NCBI RefSeq assembly: GCF_003918875.1
Contig: NW_025766336.1
Coordinates: 3,472,001 to 3,536,000 of the forward strand
Direction of reading: 5' to 3'
Length of the DNA stretch: 64,000 nt
Source: Haliotis rubra
Taxonomy: Eukaryota
Part shown: one piece after another, positions 26,126 through 39,442 of the stretch
How positions within the stretch are numbered: the stretch's first letter is position 1
Layout of the letters: every line of letters starts with the position of its first letter
The notes under the pieces: generated by a model
Told to the model about the DNA's origin: nothing
The model's database searches: none
Seen by the model: only the letters and a program-made list of their open reading frames with translations
Program-made: the position numbers and the translations under genes

Positions 26126-28452
26126 ATGTTTAACGCCGTAACAATCAAGTCATATAAGGCATGTACTGGAATGTTGTTCTTGAATTAAAACAAACCGTAA
26201 TGATGCAAATTGTCAGTGCCGCACATATATTAGCCTACTGTCTATCGCCTGGCATATATATATATATACACAGGATTATGCTTCTTCGCAACCTGAATCG
26301 ATGCATCAACTAAGGACACCTTTGGCTGAAAGCCAAACAACGTGTGTTTCAACCAATGGCCGTCAGTCTTCAATAACCGTGAACCAATAAGATGACAGGC
26401 TTGTTTCTGTTACTGCACATTCGAATATTCACGCCTTGGATTGGTAGTTTGGTTCAAAACAGTACAGCCAGCGATATTCAGACGATCGAGAGCGTGTCAG
26501 CTCAGAATAGCTTCCACTCAACACAGTGAACCAACCCATTTACTTCAGCAAGGTTTCGACACGAACATGCTAGGTAAACAACTATAGCGGTGAAAGATGT
26601 GTCACGGTTACTGAACATAAGATGTGCCTTCACATTACTTCTACGTTCAATATACTTCGGTGCTCGGGTTTGTTTGTTGTTTAACGCCGCACTCAAATAT
26701 TCCAGCTATATGGCGGATGTCTGTAAATTATGGAGTCTTGGCCAATCAATCCAATGATCAATAGCATGAGCATCGATGTACGCAATTTGGACACTATGAC
26801 ATAAGTGCAGAAACGAAACAAAAAATGTTTGTAACATATGAAACTGTCAGTAGGAAAGTAGAATGTATCCATTTTCAACACACTGACGTACATAATTGTT
26901 TAGAATATCTCACCATAAAATGACATTACAAAATACCAAATCAATTCAAATTGGTAAAAAGTACATCCTGTTTTAAGCCAAATCAGACGGACATCAAACA
27001 ATTAACATGTAACACATATCGGTATTTGAGTATTGCAACACTTGCTCCACACCGAGATGAAGAGGGATGGACAGCTGGGTTGGGCATAGCCATGAAATTC
27101 TCCTTTCTACGTCAGCAGGTAAGTGGTCGGTAAAACGCAATACGTACATAAGGCTATGCTGGATAGAAAAAGCGGGGCGTACCTTTCTGCGACCTCACTG
27201 CGGACGTGTGTTTTTAAAGCAGCTCTAACGTAACTATAGATCCTACTAAGGATAAGTTAGACCGGCGCTGAGAACGCGTTTACGAGAAGTAGGCGGTACG
27301 GCAATGAGCAAACTCATTTGGTTTGTGAAAGGTAGAGCAGATGTAGGCTAGTGCACGTGCATTACATGACGATGAAATTGATTCCGCGCGTAGCTGCACA
27401 CGCCTTGCTTCACCGATCGCACTACACTTGATAGCGGACAACCCGGGGCCCCTTCGCTAACAATGGCTGGCGCCAGTGGGCGGCACCCATACATGCAAAT
27501 ACGAGTCAATTGTCAGGTCGGTGCTCAACTTATCCTTGTTTGCCAGTACCTATATATACCTTAAGTCATTTTATTCATAGGTAGTTGTCTTAAGTTCCAT
27601 AGAGCAAATAACTGGGGCTCAACATTTCCCGCGTTTTTGACAGTTTAGACAATAGTGGTGCCATACGGGTTAAATGAGAGAATTTCCATAATTCTGAGGA
27701 AAATCGATTGGGCGAATACTGACATTTTGTTCTGTTAAAGTTGCACATTGCGCGATCTACCTAACCAAAAACATTTTACGTGACAAATTAGGCAGGAAAA
27801 TTTGAAAGAGCATTTATTGGTTTTGTACGTTTTAAGAAATAAACTACATGTTGTGTTTTAATTTGTGAAGTGACCATGGTAACGTTTCCCGAACTATTTT
27901 GATATTTTGGGGCCAGTTTTACAGTTTCCGTTTCTTCTAAATAATCAACACACCTAATCCTGTGGACTGTCTAATTACCCTTTCATTTATCATTAAACAA
28001 TATCATTATCTATGTGTTACAGCCAAACACTGCTTGGGTGCCATTTTCCAAGCCTTTTTCCGGCAAAAATGTTGACACGCGGTTCCTGCTTACAGAACAA
28101 TGGTGTGAGGACGTATTGTACTAAACTGACGTACAATTAATATATTAATAACGCATACATACACGTACATGTATTTAAATCATAACATGAAATATTAATG
28201 AAAATTGTTATTCGTGTATAAATATAATTTGAACAGAGATGTGTAGCCTTGCTCCAAGGCTGTACTGAATGCTGAGCCCATGGATGTATGGTAATTCTTT
28301 CCTTTGAAGAGGCAAGTCAAGATATACAGACCCTGAAGCAAATATATCCAAGAAAGCCCACGCAAGTCTAGAAAATGTGTCCTGATTTCCACAGCTTCTG
28401 AAAATGAAGAAAGTCTCAGGGCTCCTTTTCATTAAATTTTATTTTTTAACTA

Positions 28453-29075
28453 TACTACCCATCAAAAGTTTAGACTCACTAGTGTAAATGTTCTAAACTA
28501 GATTTTGCAAAATATTCCCTACTGTTTATAGTTTAGTTGAGTTGAGTTGGGTTTTACGTCATTATTCCAGCCATATAGTGACGAGAACAAGTTTGCATTA
28601 ATGAACATTGTAAGTACATACACGGAATGAGTTTTATTTCAAAAACATATATTCATCACATTGTCATTTAAAAGTAGAAAAAGTCATAGCACTAAATTTA
28701 AAGGCAGGCAATTTGTAAGTCACATTACACAGTTACAACTTATGCCTACTGTTTATAGGTACTGTTTACACATGAACTGATGTACTGTAAAACAAATTCG
28801 TAATGTTGAAAATATTATTGTCATAAGTTCAATACATGATGGAACTCAGTGAAAATGGGGCCTACAAATCTTTACACCAAAACAAAGCTGTTCACATGCA
28901 CGATATTAGCACTTACTTTTGAGAAATGTGAGGCATAATCCTTGTGAAGATTATCTGCATAAAGTGTGCAGTTGGTTCCCCCAAGTTAGTGGAGAAATTC
29001 ATCTTCGATGTAACCATATATACATACATAATATATAGTGAGTGCTCCAAGTGAGTCAACTTTTGCTGGGTAGTA
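28453..29075. mobile_element. Tc1/mariner MITE carrying a retro-insertion at 28532-28744
   Basis: TIR TACTACCCA(T/G)CAAAAGTT..GACTCACT with TA flanks; the inner insert has TSD CCTACTGTTTATAG. Confidence 0.78.
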
Positions 29076-31003
29076 TATGAACTTTTTTCTGTAAAATATG
29101 TTCAGTTTCAGAGACTAGTTGTTAGTCTACAGAGAGTACAACCTTGTGAAATACAGAATTTTACCGACAGTCTCAATGGACGAGCCTGACATGACAAGGT
29201 GGAATGCCTATGTCCCCCCTACCCACTCCCTGGATGCTGTCACCATCGTCCCTTCCCTTTCTGATTGATAATGACCACAGACAGCTGGGAATGTTAGTTC
29301 CTGAGTTCAACATGGCAAAACGATATTTTGCGCTTGGTTTCTTAGCTCCTGCTTCCTCCTGGTCGTCTTTCCTCAAGCGCTTCTCTTTTACCAGGAGATA
29401 TTTTTCCGAAATGTCCCTCAGTGTTTCCTGACATTCGCTTTTTGGGCTTTCTAATTTAGTTTTACTTGCTGGAATTTCTTTGTGACACTTTTCTACACAC
29501 TATATGGGTGTTCAGTTCTGGACCGAAACCAAATACCTATGGGTGTTTGTAAAAGAAAAATCTCTCCATCTTTTCCCTACCTGTGAACAATTTCCTTCCA
29601 TAATTTTCCACACGTAATACAAGCACTGTTCTTTAAACTTGGAGCTGTGATCATGGATATCCATCATTTGGTTGGTGTTTTAACACTAAAATATTAATGA
29701 AATCTTTCTACAGAATTTTCCATCTGTTTCCACATTGATCCATTCCATTCTTCCAGCAAAATAATAGGATACTACCAGGCCTCTATACTACTGTGAGGCT
29801 ATGAGAGTGAGTTTGAGGTCAAATCTGGCATTTTGCAGCCAAGTCATGAACATCATTGTAAACAACTAAGTCTCTAAGGACCCTGGTCTGTTATTTATTA
29901 TTTTGTAGAAATCATCATTTAAACTATTAATTTAACCTTAGAGACTTGTGCAAGTCTAAGCGATGTGCAATAACTGGCATTAATCAGATATTAAAACCTT
30001 CCATATCTGATGATATCTGATTCCATATATTTCAGGGATTTAACTAGACCTGCCCAGAAGCAGACATTTGGCACAAACTCTGTAGTAAATGAAAGTAAGA
30101 ATTCCTAATTAGAATTGTTTTAAATCTATACACCTGAAAATTGATAAAAATAAGAACATTTAAAAGTCAAAGTCTGAACACTATCACAGGTTTTCCTACC
30201 AATTTGATTACCAATGGCTCTCCTACATAAATATTTGCATTTCATTCTAATTAAGGATTGATCACAACTACATGTAAATGAGAGTCATGATATGGTCTTC
30301 CATTACATAAACAGTACTCTATTATTCAAAATGACCACTTTAAATATCTCTTATATACAGTTATTGACTGCACAGATTTTACTGATTCAGCAGCCGCACC
30401 TATATATTGCTGTGGCTACCAGGAAAATAACATTGGATGGAAGGTGGTTCTATAGGAAACTAAACCTACCAGACATGCTTCACTTTTCTTTTTATAATTC
30501 AATAATGGTTATATCTTCCAGGATATTCCTAAAATTTTCTATGGAGTACAGTCAACAAAGAATCTATAAATCACCCCAGGCACAATATATACAAGGTAGG
30601 AAACTGCATATTTCAGTCTGATATGATAATTCATAAATAATCTACTTCAACGGTGTTATTGTTATCCTAAATGAAACCAGGCAACTGCTATCTTTCAGTA
30701 TAATACGTTGACAAAGTTGTTTGTATGAACAACTTGCTTTGTCCTTTGGCTTTCTTGCTGATCAACTGCTGTTCAGATCTTCTCCCAAAACTATAGTAGG
30801 TGAACAAAGAAGCTTCTAAATGACACTAAGACCATATAGATCACATTTTTGGCAAAATCATTGATGGCAGCCTAGTTGGTTCTCAGGCATAACCAACTTC
30901 GATCTTCCTGGCGGCTACAGAGTGGCGGTACTTTCTTAGTGGGTGTTTATTCTCACTACATACACGAACTGTGCTGCTCTCCCTTGTCTCATCATGTTCT
31001 CCA

Positions 31004-34000
31004 TCATTCCACAATGAAGCACACCAGATTACAAGGGGAATCTGAAAATGAAAGTCAATTATACATAAAAAAAGTATAGTTAAATTTAATGAATAATACT
31101 GTAACAGTGAACAGAATGAATGTAACACACTGTTAACAATGGGTAGAATTACAATGAGTAACATTTATGCATAATACTGTAACTATGAATAGAATTAATG
31201 TAACATACTGTAACAAACATGGGGTAATGTTGTATGGAATTTAAAGCAAAATGTTGTGGCATTAATTATCCCCTACTTCTCAAATTGACAACAGATAGAG
31301 TAATACACTCATAATTTGTTAAAATCTAACATGTTTAACTAATTTTTCAATAAGTAACATATTTACCTGGGAAGACACAATCAGAGTCATGCAGACAAGA
31401 CACAGCCCACTCACAGAAATCTGAATCACTGTACCTATCAGAAGAAACAGACCTGTTACATTGTTAACAAACAAAAGCAATTTATCATGTTTATTGGAAA
31501 ACCATACATTATTAGAACATGGCAAACTAGAATGTCAAACATATTAAGGGAAACCATTTTAAAGGACAAAATACCTGTGAGGTTTATTTTGTATTGTTTG
31601 TCATTTCAAAAACTCCTCAATCAGTAATCAGGTTCAGAAGCAAGAAATAGTACTGAAACATCTATTTTTCTCAGTCTTACCTGAATCTCATAGCCCCTCT
31701 CCCATCACAAAGTGTCTTCTTCTCCGATTCCAAAACAACTCCATAAGCTGAAACCATTTCCTCTAATTCGGTAGTGTTTCCATCTGTAGGGATACCTTCA
31801 ATCTGTATCACATTTGCCCCAACAATTGTCCAAGACTCTTCGTGTTGTAACTGAACTCTTTTCACATTCTTCACATCACAAGAGTCAGATGTGACTGTTT
31901 TCTTTGAGTCTATCTCACCACCACTTGAGTCTTTTACGACTGCTTCTACAGGTAAAGGTTCCATCTGTGCAGATACCTCTAAAATGTCCTTCACAGAATT
32001 ATTTTCTTTATTGGTAATTTCTTCTGCGTGGCAAATCACATCCAAGTCTATCATAGTACTGTCAGTATGTATATCTTTGTGGGTATCCTGAGAATTTGCA
32101 GAAGCCTTTTTAGTTTCGCTTCTGTTCTTATTTTCTGATTTTCGTTTCTTCTTTGACTTTCTGTCTTTCATTGGTTCAAAAATAATGTCTACGTTAGTTA
32201 CTTTCTTGCTTAGTCTTGGTGGTAAAGGTGGGAATGTCCTTCCTGATGTAGCTGCATTGTTGGTATTCATGTTTACGTCATCATGAGGTGTTCCTCCAAG
32301 TGTTGGGAAATCATTTTTAGATTGAACATCAAAAGATTTTGTATGTTTCGGTGGTGGTAGAAAGGGACGACTCACCATCCCTCTCTGTGATGGCAGCAGG
32401 ATTTCTTCCTCATTTCCATTCTCTTCATCAGACATGTAACACTAGAAAATAGCACTTGTGATGTTACTATTGTTATGACAATGAACAATTAAGTTAATGT
32501 AGTACCATCAGAAATTCAAGCATCATTCGGACAGACACTTACTTCAAACATAACCATGATAACAGGGAAGAGTAATTTATTTAACAAACAATCAAAAACA
32601 TAGTACGAAATGTCCAAAATCACGGTCTCAATCAAGTCATCACTGAATTAGACTTAGAAGTGAGGCGTAGGAACTTATTTAGAAGATCACATTATGTTTT
32701 CTCAGATTTGCAGGTGATCTTGAGTATTCCATGTTAGAAGTTTGATTGAACATGTTGAACCAGTCACTGTTAGCCACAGGTTTAAGATATGAAAATATCC
32801 TGGCTTCAATTATTATTTAATGACTTTCAAAAAGAAAATTCTTTAAACTCTTAACTTACATCAGAATCATCAAAAAGAGTTGTTCCTGAATCTGATGAGC
32901 ATGTAGAACTTCCAAAGGGATACTGAAACAGTGATTCTCCAGTTGTCCCTATTGAAGCAGGCCTAGCTGTACTTGCAGGGAATCTTTTAAGCTGTTCTGC
33001 TTGATCGGCTGCATGCTGGGTCAGTATGCGTGCTCTTCCTCTTCCTGCACGCTTCTTGGTTGGAAGTATATTTGTTAAATCAATGCTAGGCTGGAAATAA
33101 ATACAACTGTAAATAAAACAGCAAACATCTCACTCCCAGCATAAAGAATAGCGTATTAAACAAACCGTTAATCATGTCTCTCATTGGGTGCATTTCATTA
33201 TCTACATTTTATCTGCCACTCAAAGAAGTTATTTGATCTGCGGTTGAAACCTAAGGGAAATTGACATAGAAAACTATTCTTAAGCACTTAATCATTGTCT
33301 CTTCATAGTTTAAATACTGCAGACATAACAGCAAATGCTAATGCACTAACATATTTATGCATGCTATACATAATAATGACCTACATAAATGAAAATAAAA
33401 TGAACATTTTTGTCTGTTATAAACCCACACATGAATGCAGTTCAGTTTTGCAACTCTATGCATGACAGTAAAGATATTATAGACTATAAGCATACAGATC
33501 ACTAATCAGTCAGTGTAATACCACTGTATGACTAATTGTCAGTCACAAATACCTATGGCATCACTTGTATCATTGTATGTATAAGTGCAATGCATGATAT
33601 ATATGAGAAAACCTAGCAACTTTTAGTAATATTTACTACCATAATTCCAAATACACATCTGGAATACTGAAAAGTTCTGACTACAGGGATTTATCAAGGT
33701 ATTCTTGGAAACAAACATTCAGAATAACTGGAATAAAACATTTCTCATTTCGTATGTTATCATGCTGTTATAAAACTAAGCGTTAATAATAACAGTCTTA
33801 CATTCGCAAGATTATTGCACTGAACATGTTAATTATGTGAAAGATAAATACAAGAACAAAATTAGACTTTTCCAATTATTTGTCAGCCACTGGCACTTAT
33901 ATTACGACAAAATCAAAGATATTTCCCCGGCTAGAGACCCATTGCCAGATTTTAATGCTGACGAAAGTGTACCCAAGAACAATGTAATAGGTGAAACTGT

Positions 34001-34342
34001 ATCTAAAATACTAAGATTCCTTGTTATTGTACATAATTGTAAGGCAACACCCATAAATGATAAGACTGAATAATCTAAACATGCACAGGAGAAAACATTA
34101 TAAACATATGTCAACTGAATATTTTATAAACTTAAAGGCAATAGACTTACCAAAGCATTAGCTGCCACCAGTGTTATTCCGCGAGGTAGTCTTGGTATAG
34201 AAATCTCTGCCTTTGTTTTTCCTCTGCCATAGCAATGTGTCAGAACTAGAGCCTTTACTGCAGATCTCGTTTCATAGCAAGGGACACAATCTTCAAAACT
34301 ATCGAGTTCCAGGTGGTTTTGAAGACGTTCTAGAGACAACAT
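31004..34342 (-). CDS. Uncharacterised 429-aa protein with a low-complexity middle and a C-terminal RRM-like domain; coding exons 34342-34151, 33090-32860, 32441-31681, 31434-31367, 31041-31004; 5'UTR exon with donor at ~34619
   Basis: All introns are GT-AG with phases 0,0,2,1, giving a continuous 1290-nt frame. The C-terminus VIQIEGIP..TELEEMVSAYGVV...AMRFRYSDSDFCEWAVSCLHDSDCVFPDSPCNLVCFIVE* fits the RRM beta-alpha-beta-beta-alpha-beta pattern. Confidence 0.8.
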
Positions 34343-34619
34343 GGCATCTGTGAAAAAATCTTTAATGAATTAGTTCGCAATCAAACATGCATGTAAATTT
34401 GATTGACATGTTATAGATTACAGATCTTGCATGAGGTGCAATTCTGAAAATATTTCATACAGTCATATTTGTGGAAATATTCACTGAGTAGACCTTGAAT
34501 CAAAGCCTTCATTGGCTTCAGCTTCAGAGATTAATTGTAATCAAGACAGACGAAGCCATACTGAAGTCAAATTTGAATTTATGTTGAGGCTCGGAGTTAA
34601 TGATTGTTTGTCCACTCAC

Positions 34620-34883
34620 ATATCCTTCCAAACCTGAACAGCAAGTGAAACCCTTAGGTCGGCTCTATCAGGCAGGAAGGGGTCGGATAAAAAAATCTAT
34701 TTGGATAAGACGAGCAGATGATTCTTTCGGGATTAAATTGAAACAAACGTAGTGATTGGTTAATTCAAGCGGACCCGCCAATGAAATGGCAGGTTACAAA
34801 ACCAAGTCAAGGGGAGGCAACTCTGAACACCAAAGTTCTTTTGGGTCGTCGCTATTTCACTCTCAATCGGAGTGAGACCGAAG
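34620..34883. promoter_or_regulatory. Compact bidirectional promoter between the RRM gene and COX19
   Basis: About 260 bp separate the minus-strand UTR-exon donor from the COX19 ATG. Opposed CCAAT boxes (GATTGG ~34754, CCAAT ~34778) and local CpG enrichment. Confidence 0.6.
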
Positions 34884-37776
34884 ATGGCAACTCAAATGAC
34901 ATTTCAAAGAAGAGGCAACGCTAAACCCCCAGACAAAGGAAGTTTTCCTCTTGATCACGAAGGTATGCTGATTGTGATTGCTAAAAATATCAACAAATGT
35001 TTTAACATTGATCTGACTGAATAATAGTCTACAGCACGATCAGTAATTTGGAGGATACTGAATTATAATATAAGGATAAGAATATAGCTCTGAATTATGG
35101 GAGTCTGTTGTTCTTAAGTTTCAGCTTCCCAGCAAACCTCGCATTATGACGTGAACGATTGAGTGAATGTCACTGTACCCTGACTGCCTGGATGATTGCT
35201 CATAATATCGACCACTGGTATCATGCTTAACACAACTGCTTATTTGTGAGTTGACAAGTGCAATAGGTATTGTGTTGATAGATGATTGATCGATTAAAGC
35301 TACAGCTGAAGGCCAGCCTGATGATAATTGCTGAATCTGAATAGGATAATCCAGCGAACATGGTGAATCACCTCCTGAGCATGGATTTACGCATTTGGGT
35401 AATGTGTCTCAGAATTGATCTCAAAATGATGTGCTGAACAGAACCGTATCCTAAATTCATGGATAACCTTGATTTGTGGACCGCGGAAATTATCATGCTG
35501 GCTCGTAAATTAAGTCTCGACTGACCTCACGAAGTGGTACTTTTGATGTACATACAATGCCACGCCTCGCTGACAAAAAGTCCGAATCTCTGCATTACAT
35601 GCAAGTACACTAAATATAATTGTCCAGCACTGAGATAAATAGCCCCCTGGCCCAGATCACTAATACTACCATTACCAAATTTTATTTTTACAAAATGTCA
35701 AGTAAAAAAGATACCGTTAGCTCCAACCTTCTCACTTCTGGTTGTCTGCTTTCCTTGGTGTCAATACTTAGTGCAGTGGGATGTCGTACATAGTGGTATG
35801 AAGTAACCGAAAATGTAATCCACGAAACAAGGTGACGTCACATTTTATGGGTACACGAATGGGTGATGGTTGTAAATGGCTTCCGTAAACAAACGTTTCA
35901 TTCACAAGTGGAATATTAGGCATTTTCAATTTGCTGAATCAATGAATAAAATAATCAGTGCATATACTAAATGAAATCATGCATTTAAAATATGAATTTC
36001 GCCGCACTTCCCTTATATCCACGAATCAAGGTTACGCGAGTGTATGGTGAAAAGTAAACACAAAATTTCTTAACAGGATTTGGTTTGTACTCATTCTTAT
36101 TTTTGTGGATAAGATTTTGTTCAGCAGCGTTAATGCTATAAAGCGGTATTGGATGGGGTGGATAGGGGTGACAGTTTGAAGATTGTTGTATAGTCTTTAA
36201 AGTACCATACTTGTCTTTCAGGTGGTGGTGAAATGGTTTGTGCATTGAAGAAAGTCTTGTATATGGACTCAGGTAGCATGTTCAGCTTTAAATATATCTC
36301 TTTTCATTTTCACCAGGTGAATGCAAAGACTTCATGTTCAAGTATATGCAATGCCTAAGAATAAACAAGCACTCAAATTCCCAATGTAGAGACGAATCAA
36401 AAGATTACCTGCAATGTCGAATGGACAGGTGAGAATATAGTATTTTTTCAAAGACCTGTTTATTGTTTTGTGTTACAATGAGCCTTCTCTAATGAATGCA
36501 GAGTTGAAAACTAAAAACGGTTATGTTTGATCAAATGTTTGCTTATTTTGATGTTCTTCTTGCTTGTATTTATTTCATATTAATTTTAATAGATATCTTT
36601 TATTTTTGTTTCATTATTGAAAATGATGGTGTCATGTCAGTAGTTAACCACCAGTTTACATTACAATGTCAGGAGGTCAGCAACAGAGATTGACCAAGGT
36701 CATCCTTTTATATTTGAGAAATAAGGTTCCAAGGATGACAGTATGTGGCACACTTCACTTGATTTCCAAGAATTGTATGGTCATGTAGCGGTTGCTGAAA
36801 AGTCTACAGCCAATCATAAATCATAGAATGTTGTGATTTCAAAGTTAGACTGAAGAACAGCAACCACTGACTTCCAGGATAGAGTGGACTTCTGACCGGA
36901 AGCAAGGCAACAGTCCAGTGGTGGTCATATGCAACATGTCCTCTACAATGTTAATACATTTACCGACTTCATCAGCAATACAAGATTGCATCCCTCAGAA
37001 CCTGCAGTGTTAATTATTTACATCTATTCTCCAGTTGTATGTGTGTAAGATACAATATTTTCATTCAGTAAAACCCAGCAACAGTCGTAAACAAAGAAGT
37101 GGCCTGCTGTTTCATGATCCACAGTTAGGGATGGAAACTATGTAACAATCAGAAGTGTCTCAGGCTCTCAACGTGTCACTTGCTGCCTGAAAAGGAGCAA
37201 GTTCAGGGGTGGAAATAACTTTAACATTGCTAGTGTACTCCGGTACAGTGGCACATGTAAAATCACTTGCCCTGATAATTTTTCCACTATACCGGCCGTT
37301 TTCTTGTTGATTTTTTAAATAAACAACATAATTAATATTGAAAAGTCAACTGGACACCGGTACAGTGTGATATACAAATTTGCTTGCCCGACAGAAAAAA
37401 ACACTGGACTCAGGCGTCGGGCAATGGGTTATTTCCACCCCTGAAGTTGTATGGACTGACAACATCTATATTACAATGGATGTGGCGTTTCGGTGTAGAT
37501 GCTAACACTGTCATCAAGAAAGTGAAATGTCGCATCCATTGCAATAAAGAAGTTGTCCATATAACTTGTTCCTCTTCATCATATCAACTTCTAAATGCCA
37601 TTTGAAGAAGTTCACTTGCTGCCTGATGCATAGTTTATTGGATTGGATTCGTATACTAAATCCTTTGAAAATACACAAATGATAATGATAAACTTTGTTT
37701 CAGGAATCTGATGACCAAGGAAAGCTGGGAGAAGCTGGGTTACACTACAGATTCACCTAAAGACACACAGTCATGA
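34884..37776 (+). CDS. COX19: Cytochrome c oxidase assembly protein COX19 (twin CX9C), 87 aa; exons 34884-34962, 36317-36428, 37704-37776
   Basis: Spliced translation [77 protein letters not shown].. contains the [15 protein letters not shown] signature and two CX9C motifs. Introns are GT-AG with phases 1 and 2. Absent from the ORF track. Confidence 0.96.
37204..37443. mobile_element. hAT-like MITE in COX19 intron 2
   Basis: Perfect 16-bp TIR CAGGGGTGGAAATAAC; 5-bp TSD AAGTT. Confidence 0.85.
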
Positions 37777-38289
37777 CAGATGTGACATGTGGACATAAAC
37801 CTTATTAGTAAAGTCCGAATTCCTGAATGCAAAACATAAGATGTTACTACACATCAGATTCCAGTATCAGTGACACGATGGACATATACTGGAATTTGCC
37901 TTTGTCTGTTTTGTCCCAAGGACTCAGTAACAGGCTTTGAGGTCCTAGTTATGAAAATGGAGTCTCAATGTACCAACAACAAATATGATGTAAATAATTT
38001 GTGAAACCTTATGCTTTGTTTAGGTATTTATTCCTTTGTTTAGACTGAAAATATGTGTGTGATTGAGAAATAATCTGACATGTCAATAGTTATATTTCTT
38101 ATCAAATAGAAATTTTGATTAAATTTTCCCATATTTCTCAAGTGAATTTACAATTGAATTATAGCAGTGATTGAGTCACACAATTTGAGCCGCGGGACAA
38201 AAAGTGTTAATTTAGTGAGTATGACCTCATGATCAGCTTTCTTTATGTTCAGTTTCTTTAACTCTGTGTTGGAACTCAGCGTTTACCAT

Positions 38290-38812
38290 GGGGGGGGCGC
38301 GGTGGGCAAGCTGGCTAAGGCGCCAGGCTAGTGATCCAGCGAGGTTGAGGTGTCGGGTTCGAGCCCACCTGTGACCTGTTGCAAAAACCTTGGAGTCAGC
38401 TTTTTGTGCAGACTCTTTCAGTGTTGTCACAACCCCTAGTGTACAGAACACAACCCTGTGCACTTAATAGAACCCACGAATCCATTGGTATATGACCAGA
38501 TGGTAGCCACATGAATACGTACAAACACATAGTTGCGGGTACAGCAACGTGCAGTGAACTTGGACAAAGTACTGTGATTATGTGTCCCAGTCCACCCAGC
38601 TGTGAATAGGTACCTCGTTAGGATGAGAAAGCCACAATAACTTAGTGCGCCTAGTGGCAGCAAGAGTTGCATACTCCCCAGGGAGTTGAGATTGATAACA
38701 CAATGTGCCATTGAAATTGACATCCAATGATCGAGGGGAAAAATACCAGCGCCTTGAGCAAGCACTAGTTGCCTGGATATGTGCGCTATATATCGTATAA
38801 TAATAATAATAT
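38290..38812 (+). mobile_element. Long (~520 bp) tRNA-headed SINE (family C) with (TAA)n tail; headless copy at 13098-13540 on the minus strand
   Basis: B box GGTTCGAGCCC; long shared sequence with 13098-13540; tail interrupted by a MITE. Confidence 0.8.
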
Positions 38813-38813
38813 A

Positions 38814-39442
38814 CAGTCAAATCCTGATGAGTCGAATGCCTGTGTCTCGAATATTATGCATAACTCGAAGTACCTGTCGGTCCCGACCATTCCCTGTTAT
38901 AGTTGTCATCATTTGAATACCGGTTACACGAATTCGTCTCATAAATACACACGGTGACTCGAGAAGGAAATTTTGTCCCATGAGATTCAAACAACAGTAA
39001 TCTTGTATACATGAGCCGAAGTTACCCAATGATTTGTTAATTGGTGTAGCTAACTGATCCAATTAACAAACCAGCTCGGCTCGCACCTTTCCGCTATTGT
39101 CGGGTGAGTTCAAAAGGCAGATTAGTGATTTTACGGAAACGGAAAAATTAGCACATGACATTGAGTTAACTCAATCCAATTGGTTGCGTTACATAGCAGC
39201 TTTCATTCGGTTATTACTATTCATGATCTGTATATCATGGCGGAATTACAATGTTCCTTGGCAAGCGTCCACGAATTTGTGGATAAATGTAAGTATTTTG
39301 ATATGATGTGCTGAATAAAGGAATTGTTCAATATTCGATCATCGTTTTTTCTACCCTCACAGACATACCTATGTCTCGAATACATCGATAAGTCGAATTT
39401 ATTACTTGGTCCCCAGCGATTCGACTCATCGGGATTTGACTG
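38814..39442. mobile_element. pogo/Tc1-type MITE inserted in the SINE tail
   Basis: TIR CAGTCAAATCC(T/C)GATGAGTCGAAT with TA on both sides. Confidence 0.88.

Noticed and set aside
27225-27260. Resemblance to the LSU rRNA GTAACTAT..TAAGG segment
   Set aside because: Too short and mismatched, with no flanking rRNA similarity.
33902-34114. Hydrophobic ORF as an extra exon of the RRM gene
   Set aside because: The flanking exons already join in phase and no convincing splice pair was found.
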